Origin: Azolla caroliniana
Lineage: Eukaryota > Plantae > Polypodiophyta
Assembly: GCA_043228905.1 (NCBI GenBank)
Contig: JBHGNT010000015.1
Span: 1,116,001-1,180,000, forward strand
DNA: 64,000 nucleotides
Direction: 5' to 3'
Both the position numbers and the translations under genes were made by a program. Of this stretch, positions 12,358-22,800 are shown one piece after another. Numbering within the stretch: the stretch's first letter is position 1; every line of letters begins with the position of its first letter. The notes beneath the pieces are model-generated. The model saw only the letters and a program-made list of their open reading frames with translations, was not told the DNA's origin and did not search any database.

Positions 12358-14072
12358 TCAATCAGTCTTGCACATAGTAATCACTCCTAACACAAGCAAG
12401 AACATAGCCCACTCTGAGTGCCCGCTACACACTGGTGACCTTGCATCCACAATCTTCCACTGCATGTACACAACTGACATCAAATATCCGGAGACCAGAT
12501 GCATATAAACAAACTGGGAAATGCACAATATCCATTGGGTAGCAAATGTCATACTGTATAGAAATGGCATCATGTTGTCCAAACAGTCTAACCAGAATGT
12601 AATCTCCCAATCCACCCAGAATATGAAAAGAAAGACATCATAACATCTACCCATGTATCTCCCAATTTCAAAGTAAACAGCAGAGGGGCTGTCTCTCTCA
12701 GATCTAATATCGCCACTTAAGCAGTGCATGAGAACATGCATCTTCATCAAACTACTTCATGCTTCGTGAATGATCCCACTGCCCGGATATGAATTCAAGA
12801 TAACAAATTAGAGTATGCATCAATCCTGTGGTGGAAAAAATGCAACTGAAACTCAGTTTTAGTATCCATTGTAGATTTAAATGTCGGTTATACATGAGAA
12901 AGTAGGGACTATGTCTCATCAAAGAAATACTACTTTCCAGCTGAGAAGCAGGCAGGGATCCTCTACCTGCACAGTATCTGAGCAGTAAACAGAGATGGCA
13001 TCAATCATCTTCAATAATACTCGAGAAATACCATACACCTGGCCAATAAAACCAGCATTCATAAAGGAAGTGAAAGTTCATTGCAGGGCTAACATCCCAA
13101 CCAACCCAATCAACATGTGCACCCTTACCTAACTTGTAGTCCTGAGAATCTCTAGCACAGATAATCCAGTAAGATGTTGCTGCTCAATCTCCTCTCGAGA
13201 AATAAACGAGCACTGGATACGGAACAATGGAGAAAAACTTAACTCTATAAACTGGAACATGTAAAGGGAGAGATGGGATATTAGAAAGCTGTGTCAGTCT
13301 AAAGAACTGCAGCAAAAAAGTCTAATTTCTTTAAATAATCTATGAATAATTAATTTACTCTATACATCATGTTTGCAACTTCGGGTCGTCCATAGAGTTC
13401 TTTGAAGGATGATAGAATATTTTTCACATAGTAAGTATAGATAAGGTAATCATATTCAATCTGCCATGCAATTTCGGAAGCTTTGAGAAAGGTTTGCCTC
13501 ATTAAAAACCCAAAATGGAGCTCACGTTCAATAGGGCAACCAGCATACAGCTACAGAAACATGAAACTGAGCTGTTTAATCACTAAGTTGCGAATCTGAA
13601 TATGGCCTTCGAGTGCTTCTGCCCAATCAAAATTAAAATTTCCTATACATAATCAAAGTTTTAAACATAGTATTTCTTGAAGTTCAATACTTGCAAGCTT
13701 TGACATAATTTAGACTTTCGAAAACCATTTTACGCCTCCCAAGTTGAGGCAAAGATTGAAAACATCGAAGGCTTTCAAAATGTAAGGCAAGATTTTAAAG
13801 AAATTTAGGATTGCATATTCAAAACTTTGCAAGATTTCAAAGTTAAACCTTTGAATTTTTTGGGGTTTGAAATGTGAGCATAGTTGGTAGGGAAACGTAA
13901 AAGGCGGAGACTTTGAACTTACTTGGCCATGGCGGTACGTTCTAATAGACGGAGTAGGTCTAGCCTTATCAACATCATCTGTCGCGAGGCTATATGTCAT
14001 CCCTGCAGGAGGAACAATCCGAAAACGCTCTCCATCGCTCGCATAAGGAGCCCAATCAACAGGGCTCGACAT
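12358..14072 (-). other. Unidentified putative spliced gene or pseudogene
   Basis: ATG exon 14072-13923 (MSSPVDWAPYASDGERF...RHGQ) ends at a GTAAGT donor. An in-phase open exon follows at about 13550-13359. More AG/GT-bounded segments lie near 13210-13130 and 13038-12967. No family recognised. Confidence 0.4.
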
Positions 14073-14198
14073 GACGACGACGACGACGACGATGATGATG
14101 ATGACGAAGACGATGAAGGTTTCTGACAATCAGGGAAAAAAAAAGAACAAACGAGTGATCTTTCTAATATTCAGGGGAAGCTGTGGCGAGAAGGCTGA

Positions 14199-14255
14199 TT
14201 AGGGTTAGGGTTAGGGTTAGGGTTAGGGTTAAGGTTAAGGTTAAGGTTAAGGTTA
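14199..14255 (+). repeat. Interstitial telomere-like array (TTAGGG)5(TTAAGG)4
   Basis: Read directly from the sequence. Confidence 0.9.
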
Positions 14256-15016
14256 CATGGTGTGTGATATGGCGAGTTGCGCGCTCTTTCTCGCTCAAAT
14301 GTCTGTGTGTGCGTCTCTCTGAGAGAGAGAGAGAGAGAGAGAGAGGTGCCGAGAGACACTACTATTTGCATTTGTTTAATGAATTTACAAAACTAGCCTT
14401 CTCCTACGTTTGGCTTCTCTTTATAATTACATAAAAGTCATGGAAATCCCTCCTTTAACAAAAAAAAACTTTGGGATCCTGACCAATTATGGGTTTTATT
14501 TGGCAACAACTATAGAAATTATAACATTGATGCCGAAGGTCCTTTCCTTTATCTATACAGACCGAAGAGCACATTGTGGGTTGATCGGCATTCACGAGGT
14601 CAGGCGCCATTTTACAAGTGACTACTGATATTTTAGGGTGTCCCTGAGGACGGCAATCGTAGGCTGAGATTGAACAAGAATGGAGTCAGGTTTTACATAG
14701 GTCGACTCAAATTCAAGAGATAAAGAGATCGTTTTCATTGTTTCCTACGATATTCGGGATTGCATCATGTTTGGGAGATGAGCAATGCTTTTTGTATTTT
14801 ATGATAGGCATGGAATGGAGTAAGAGCATATGTACAAATATTGAAGGGATTAGTTATGTGATAGTTTTATTTATTGGAGGAAGTCCAGATTGTTTCCTCG
14901 ATGTGAGTGTTCGTCTTGCTAATTGGTTATTCAAGATGTCCCACAACCCATTTAACAATGACACCAGTCAATTGTAATATCACTTTAGTGTTTTTCACAC
15001 ATACAGAGAGAGAGAG

Positions 15017-15155
15017 AGAATATAGAATAGATTTTTTATCATCCATGAGGAGTCCAATTTTGACCTATGGAACCAAATAAACTTATCTTTTGCTATCTGA
15101 CTCCTTCATAAGATGGGGGGTTACTACTCTATAGTAAAAACGTGACATGTGAAAA
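15017..15155 (+). repeat. Short dispersed repeat, copy 1 (homologous to 46384-46520)
   Basis: Shared AGAATAGA..CCATGAGGAG..GACCTATGG..CTCCTTC.TAAGA.GGGGG.TTACTACTCT..ATGTGAAAA. Confidence 0.75.
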
Positions 15156-15675
15156 TTATGCACACACACATGTGCTCACATTATTGGTGGGGATTTAAGT
15201 ATTACACTTGCATGTGTAATAAGACATCATAATTCAGCATAACGAGAGTACGTGGTATTCATCCATCATTAGATTTTCACTGCATACATTGCATATCTTC
15301 ACACTAGAGTCACAATGTCACAATGCCATAATGCTAACTCAACACCTAGCTTGTGTGATCAGTTCAAAGAATTATTAAGGCTCTTCAAGATCCAAGGTTC
15401 GTAGGGGTAGTAAGATGTGATACGTTCTAACATTTTTGCCTTGTATAAGGACCAACATTGGGGGTTAACATTTGCTCAAATGTGCACCACAAGGATAGGC
15501 TCCATCGAAATTACTCATTGGCGATGCACTATAAATGCATGGTGGACATAGTGTTAAAATACCCATGGGAACGGTACTAATGATGTACTTGGTGTTGATG
15601 AGAGAGACCGTATAAACCATGTTTAGGTGAGAGCTCTAAGAAACAAGAATTTGACATATGTTTGCAAATTCTTAT

Positions 15676-16129
15676 TGTTACCCGTTCCTTTGGGTGAACA
15701 CCTTCGATAGATCTACGTCTATCGGTCTTCAAGGGCATGGTACGTGAAGGCTCGTACAGAAGCGTCGAGAGAGATACAGGGCTCAGAGAGAAAACACTAG
15801 CGAGGTTTTGATAGGCGTGGCGGCGTGAAACTCATAGGTATAGATCGAAACACAGACTCATGCAGCAAAATAGGCACAATTAAAATATATTACTATGGCA
15901 GAAAAGGATTACAGAACACGGCCTATGGCCGGTGACCTTACGAGTTTATCTAATTCGAATGACTAAGCTAGTGCTTCCGCCTATAATTTTCTTCTCCCCC
16001 TTTTTGAGGTACTGCTCCTCGTTTAAATAACTTTTCCCCTAACACACAGCCGAGCCATCGGTGGCCCGTGATACTCGGACTCGGCGTTTGCTAATTTCCT
16101 AATTTTACATTTCTGTCCTCTGGACAACA
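15676..16129 (-). repeat. 3' LTR of Gypsy element
   Basis: TGTTACC...GACAACA; TATTTAAA TATA-like box on the minus strand. Confidence 0.97.
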
Positions 16130-16131
16130 CC

Positions 16132-16175
16132 TGGCACGCTCGTGGGACAGGACCTTGTCCGTCGGACCCACGACT
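16132..16175 (-). other. tRNA-3'-half-like element occupying the PPT position
   Basis: The sense strand reads AGTCGTGGGTCCGACGGACAAGGTCCTGTCCCACGAGCGTGCCA-GG-[LTR]. Stem TCGTGGG/CCCACGA, ends in CCA. Confidence 0.75.
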
Positions 16176-16226
16176 TACAAAATACTAAAATATTACAAAA
16201 ATTACCTTTTAGGCGTGATCCTCGTT

Positions 16227-19200
16227 TCATTCCTCCTTTAAGATGTCGAGGATGCTTTTGGGGTCCGGGGTGGTGGCAGGGTGGTCTGGTTGGACTGTCG
16301 GTGCGGGGGGTTGAGTTTGGTCCGGGGGTGGCATATCTTCTCGGGCGTCCGCCCCGGGTGCGGCCGATTCTTCTGGTGGGGGTGTGGGTTCGTGGCCGCT
16401 AGCCTCTCCTTCGACAGGCTCTGGTACTGTGTGGACGTCCATGGGATGTCTGTTGGCCGGGGCAAGTTCCTCCTGTGCCGTGTCCGTGATCTCCTCGCTG
16501 GGAGGTTCTTCTTTCTGCTCTGTGGCCGTTGGAGGGCTGGTGGGGATGGCTGCGAGTCGTTCTCGTTCGAAGGCTTCTGCTTCCAGGCGAAACAACATCT
16601 GATCGTCATTGAAGTCCTCCATTATTTGCTCGATTGCCGCGGTGTGAGATTTTGCCAGGGACTATTAATCCTCGGTTAAATCTGCACGCAGGTTTTGAAT
16701 GCTGGCTTTGTCCATTTTGTAGAAGCCTCGGCCCCCCTTCCGTCGATTCTCGGCGTCGGCACGTAAAATATGCAATTCGGCAGCTTGGGCTGCCCATTCG
16801 TCTCCCGCGCGACTTAATGTTTCCTCGACCTTTTTGGTAAGGTGTTGGCGCTGTTTCTCGAGCAGTATGTGGATGCGTGTCTCATCCATGCCGGGTTGTG
16901 CTCGGATGGCTGTTAATTCCTGTTTTAAGCCGTCGACCTCGGCCTGAATCTTCTGTGTCCTTAGCTCATAGATGGTCTGATTGTTCTTTGCATCCGCGGT
17001 TACGAGCTAGAGAGCCTGCTCGTAACGCTTGGTGAGTTCTTCGGTGGCCTGCTCCCGTTCTTTCTGACACATGGCCCGGATTTGTTCCCATTCGACGATT
17101 CTCTCTTCTTGAAGGGCGAAGTAGGAATCCGATAAGGCATCTTTTTGCTCCGAAAGTAGCTTGCATTTGATGAAAAACTTGTCAGCCATCTCTTTAAGGG
17201 TCGTCCACTGACTCTGTAGCTCGGCATTCTCCGCGTTCATCCTCTCCTCCCGTTCGCGATTTCTTTCCTCCTGCCGCCGGTTCCAGTCGTGTGCATTGTC
17301 GAGCGCGGCCTGTAGGTCTAGAACCTCCGTCTCTTTCTTCACCACTGTGGCTGCTTATTCCTCCAGCTTGCTTTTGAGTTCGGCTTCCTTGGCCGCGGCT
17401 TGCGCTTGTACCCGACCCAGTGCTTTGTTCTGCTCATGTATCCTTTGGTCGGCCTGGGCTCTTATCTCGACCATCTGCTTGGAAGCTTCTTCTTTTAGGC
17501 GAGCCATCGCCTCTTGATGCCGTTGCTCGTGTCTCTCGGTTCGCCATTGTTCTTCTTTAAGCTCCGCACGGTAATCCCGGAGCGGGGGTTCTGTCTAGGT
17601 TGCCACCTCCTTGGTTGCACACAGTGCGGGTAGTTCGGTTTGCTCCACGGTCGTGGCCGCCTCGGTTGTTGTGCAGGCATCAACCATTTGTAACGAGTCC
17701 GTTTGTGTACTGGCCTGCACCTTCAGGATGGAGTCGGTGATGGTGCTTTCATCCATCATCGTTATACGTGGAGGCGCTGGGAGGGCCTCGGTGGTCGTTA
17801 CTAGAAGGCTCGGGACTTGTTGTTCCAGCCGGTTTTGCTCCCAAGCTGCCAGCTTCTGGTTCGCAGCGTGCCATAGTTCTGTAGCCATCTTAGCCTGTTT
17901 TTGGGCTACTTTTATCTTTCGGGCCATGTCTTTGGCTGCCCGCATAGTGCGATCCAGGTCCCGATATGCCTCGATAAGGGTCGTGTTCAACTCGGGGACC
18001 TCCATGAGGAGAGCGGCCTGTTTTGCCTGCTTCTTCCTTCCGATTTTTTGTAAAGCCCTGTCCTCCTGGGGCTCAATTTCACCTATTAGCGCGCGTTGAA
18101 TCATTTTTGTTTCGGCGTGCTCTTCCGCCATCGGAGCGGCTGCTGCGACTTGGGCTCTGGCGAGGAAGTCGACCAGCTCGAATGACGTACCGAGGCGGAG
18201 GAGCGCACTAAATTCGTAAGCCTCTGCGGGGAGGTCCTTATACCCAAGGACTTCATCCTCCGAGATCTGTGTTGTCTGCCCATGCTCGATCGTTCCCTGG
18301 TTCAGCGATGCCTCCGCAGGGGTGATGGCCAGGTTGCTCTGTCTGACCACTAAGGCTTGCTCCTGATGTGGCTCCTTTTGTTCTTCCGAGGACTCGCGGT
18401 TGAGTCGTCTTCTTTTGCTTGGTTGTGGTTGGGGTTCCGGGGCCGGTAGTGTTGTTTCCTCCGCCTTCTTCCTTTTCTGGGGTCTTGGTGGTGCAGCCTG
18501 CTGTGTGTTGGAGCGTGGGCTAGGTCCTGGGGACGTTACCGAGGGGTGCAACGTTGGCTGTCGAATGGTGACGTCATCGGCCGTGTTGTCTGTCGTGGCT
18601 ACCTCCCCCTCCCATTCTTGGCAGGTCTCGGAAACTACCCTTTTTTGTTGGGGTTGGGCGGGTGGTGGAGCAGATGCGGTTTTCTGGTCGGCGGCAGGGG
18701 GTGAAGGCGATGTGGGCTCCTCCCATGCTTCGTGGCTGATGGCCACGAATTTCTCTCTCTGCCTCCGTGGTGGTGGTGGGGACGTGAGTGCGCGAGGGGA
18801 AGGAAGCGAAGAGGGTGGGTATAGCACCATCAAAAAGTGGGTAAGAACAGACAACATCTTCTTACCGGACTGAAATGAAGCTAAGGCGGCGCGGAGTCCT
18901 TCGCCTGTGATGATTCCCCAATCGATTCTGTTTCCTTCATAAGCGCTGATGATGATGGCTGCCTTGTTCTGCGGCATGCTCGTTGGGTTCGTATGCACGA
19001 ACGCATACTCCATCAAGATACGAGCAATCTCCCCGAAAGCTTTGTTGGGCCCGCCATACGTGCGATATGCCTTCCCTGTGGCTGAGTACTCACCAAAGTA
19101 CACCTTCATCTTTGATGCCGGGGGTATGTCGACCTCATGGTCCCCTCCCTGTTGCAAGTCCAAAACAACCCGAAGCACGTTGTTGGTGATGGCTTCGGGA

Positions 19201-19322
19201 CTTATATGTTTCGCCACAGTTTGGGCATCTGGGTGCGGGGGGGCATCGATTATCTTCATGTAACCGCCCATTCCTCGTTCCTGGAGCCAGGCACGGGTTT
19301 CTGCTGAGGCGGTAAGAGGCAT
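16227..19322 (-). pseudogene. Extra 3' sense ORF of the Gypsy element (~1030 codons: folded N-terminal domain, Pro/Gln-rich linker, long coiled coil, acidic Pro-rich tail)
   Basis: ORFs 17595-19622, 17007-17345, 16665-16889 and 16227-16622 share one frame and are separated only by TAG/TAA stops. Likely ATG at 19322 (MPLTASAETRAWL). Confidence 0.8.
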
Positions 19323-19899
19323 AGTGGAGATGGAGGCTGGGTTCGACTGTGTGGAAGCGTGAAGCAAAGTGATGAGGCGAGGGCGAGCTACAGCAGGAGC
19401 AACAGGAAGTGGAAGTCCAGCAGAGAGGTTATGAGAGCGGAAGAGGGCTTGAGAGCAAGAGCGCTTCGCATGATGAGGGTGAGATGGGGTTTCTGATCTT
19501 GATGGCAATGGAGATGGAGAGCGATAATGGTCTGTGCTGCGTTTTGGAAACGGTTTTGGTAACTTATTCCTAGGGTTTTGTGCCTGCAGCGAATCCTGAA
19601 GATTCTGAGTCGTGGGTGCCATAATAAGTGACTAGCACCACGTGTCCTGAAGGTGAGTGGGGTGCTTCTAGTGCTTTGCATGTGGTTTGCATGTGTGAAC
19701 AACTTAAATAGGTACTAACTGAGTGGTGGTGAGGGGTGGAGCATAGAGAGTTGAAGGTAACTTGAACTAAGAGTGGAGGTGAGGAGTGCTCCTAAAATTG
19801 TGGGTGCCTAAGTGGGTGGTGTAGGTGTAGCTAAACAGTGGCTAACTATGGTTCATCCTACCTACTACTACTTTTATTAATTTCAAGAAGGTGGGTGAG

Positions 19900-22800
19900 T
19901 CCTTATTCAGGGGGACATGTGGCGTCCTCCGTGGTGATCTCCTGAGTCTCGTTGGTGCCGTGTGGCTTGGTAAACGGGTTGGGTGGTGTAGTCCCTCGAT
20001 ATGGTCTAAGCCGAAAACCATTGGCCCAGCTTTTGACCGTGTCGCCAGCGAGTGTGTCGAGCTAGAACGTCCCGTTGAACTCGTCGATAATCCAGAATGG
20101 ACCAGTCCACCGAAATCTTAATTTTCCCGGCATTGACCTAAGTCGTGTTTGAAAAAGAAGAACTGGTTTGCCGATGGTGAGCTCCTTCTCCAACCCATGT
20201 CGATGTCGATCCACGAAAGCCTTGCGTTGCCGTTGGTGTCGTTCGAGCTGGGCCATACTCTTTATCCTATCTTCCCCGAGTTCGAGGAGTTGTTCCAGCC
20301 GATATTGCTCGGATTCGGCCTCGAGGAGCCGTGCTTTGACTTGAACTCGGAGGCTCGGAACTTGGAACTCGACGGGCATTACGGCTTCTAACCCGAACGT
20401 CATTCGAAAGGGGGTCGATTGGATGCTTGTTTTGAAAGTCGTACGATACGCCCACAGCGTGCTCTGGAGTTTGTCATCCCAATCGGTCCTGTTTTCATTG
20501 ACGATCTTCTTCAGTATGGTTTGGAGGATTTTATTTGTTGATTCTGCCAAGCCGTTCGCCTACGGGTAGTATGGTGTGCTTTTCTTGTGCACCACCGCGT
20601 AGTGGTGTGTAAGCTCACGTATTATATGATTGATGAAGTGCCCACCTTGGTCACTAACGAGCTCGATTGGACATCCGTAACGGCACCAGAGGTGCTCGTA
20701 CACAAATTTAGTCGTGGATGCCGCCGTGTTATCTCGGAGTGCCTTAGCCTCGACCCATTTGGTGCAGTAATCCGTGGCAACGATAATATACCTATTCCCT
20801 GTTCTGGCCGCGGGTGGTTTGAAAGGGCCTACAAAATCCAAACCCCATTTTTGAAATGGGTCCAACGGAAGAATCGGCTGGTGTGGCATCCGTGATTGTT
20901 CCATTGGTTGCCCCAGACGTTGACACAAATCGCACTGCCGACAAAATTCGTGAGCGTCTTTCTTTGTTGTCGGCCACCATAATCCACTTTGCCAAACTTT
21001 CCTTGCCGTGGAATCCCCGGCATAGTGTCCCCCAGCTGCTCCCTGGTGGGCTTCCTGAAGAACAGCGTTCTTCTCGAATTGCCGAATCGCTCGGCGCCAT
21101 ATGCCGTCTGAGCCTTTGTGGTAGAGAATGTCCGAGACGAGGCAAAAATTCCGGCTACGCACTGCTAGACGTTTTCTCGTGTCCAGGGTCATGTGCTCGG
21201 GAGGTACACCGGTAGTGAGAAAATGAGTCATCTCTGTGATCCATTCATCTCCGTTATCGTCTGGTACCGTGGTCAGGTTAAATAGGCTGGCGTCCGGTAG
21301 CTCGTCGTACGTTGTTTTCGCTGGTTCTCCTGACTCAAGATGGCTCAAGTAGTCGGCGACGGCATGTTGTACCCCGGGTCGATGCTGAATTTGAAAATCA
21401 AACTCTTGTAGTAGGAGCATCCACCGAGCCAACCGTCCGGTGAGGGCTTTTTTATTGACCAAATAAATAAGGGCCGAGTGATCCACGTGAAAGGTAAATC
21501 TTCGGCCCAAGAGGTAATGCCGAAATTTATTGATGCTATAAATCATTCCGAGGGCCTCCCGCTCGGTGGTGGAGTAATTCTTTTTCGCGGTCGAGAGCCG
21601 TCGGCTGGCGTAGTACACATGCCTATACCAATTCGGGGGTGTGCATTGCATCAGAGCACTTTTGATGGCGATGTTCGAAGCATCTACGAAGACGTGAAAC
21701 GGTTGGGACCAAACAGGAGACTGGACCACCGGGGCATGTGACAACATTCGTTTCAGGGTCTGATAAGTCGTATCCTCGACTGACGTCCATTGGAAAGGAA
21801 GGCGATGGATTGCCGCGTGTAAGAGTGTCGCGAAATTGGCCAAGTGTCGTATCAGTCGGCTGTCCCACCGGATCTGTCCCAAAAAACGGCTTAGTGCCTT
21901 AACATTCGAGGGTGCAGTGGCATCCAGGATTGCCTTTACTTTATCCGGGTCCATAGCGATGCCTTCTTGACTAACAATGTGGCCGAGAAGGTTGCCGCTG
22001 GTGACTAAGAACGCGCATTTCGCCGGGTTTAAACTCAATCGAGCTTGGCGATATCGGTCCAGGCAGAGTCGTAAGTGGGTCATGTGTTCCCGTCGATTGC
22101 CATACACGGCGAAATCGTCGAGAAAAACTTGCATGAACGTCGGGATGTAGTCATGAAAGATTTCAGTGATGATGCGTTGGAACGTCGCCGACGCTGTTTT
22201 TAGACCGAACATCATAACTTCTGCTACAAAAAACGCCCCATTCCGTGACGAAAGCGGTTTTCTCCTGATCCTCCGGGTGCATTCTTATCTGGTTATAGCC
22301 GCTGAACCCGTCGAGGAAACTGTAGCATTCGTGGCTGGCTACCGTGTCGAGGACGCTATCCGTGAATGGGAGAGGGAAACCGTCGGTGACTGTTGCCGCG
22401 TTAAGCTTCCGATAGTCGACGCAGACGCGAATTTTTCCGTTCTTCTTTGGGACTACTACGATCGGGCTCAACCATGTAGCCCGTTTAACAGGGCGAATGA
22501 AGCCCACTTGGAGTAACTTGTCAATTTCCTCTTTGACTTTAGCGGCGTAGTTGGGGTTCATCCTGTAGCGCCTCTGCTGAACCGGCCGAGTGTCGGGTAA
22601 GATGTGAATTTGATGTTGGTAGTATTGAGGATCCAACCCCTTCATATCGGTGTAAGACCAAGCGAAAACATCCTGGTAGTCGGTGAGTAATTTTACGAGG
22701 CATGCCCGTTCGCCGGTTGGTAGATTATTGGCAATTTGTACCGTACGGGGGTTCTCGTCCGAACCGAGGTTTATTGTTTCCAGGGTTGATGCTTTCACTC

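Noticed and set aside
14199-14255. True chromosome end
   Set aside because: Only 57 bp long and flanked by unique sequence on both sides.
13923-14434. Poly-Asp and RV/KV-repeat ORFs
   Set aside because: They are translations of trinucleotide and hexanucleotide microsatellites.
16130-16175. Functional tRNA gene
   Set aside because: Only a 3'-half-like segment is present, with no D arm, anticodon arm or 5' acceptor strand.
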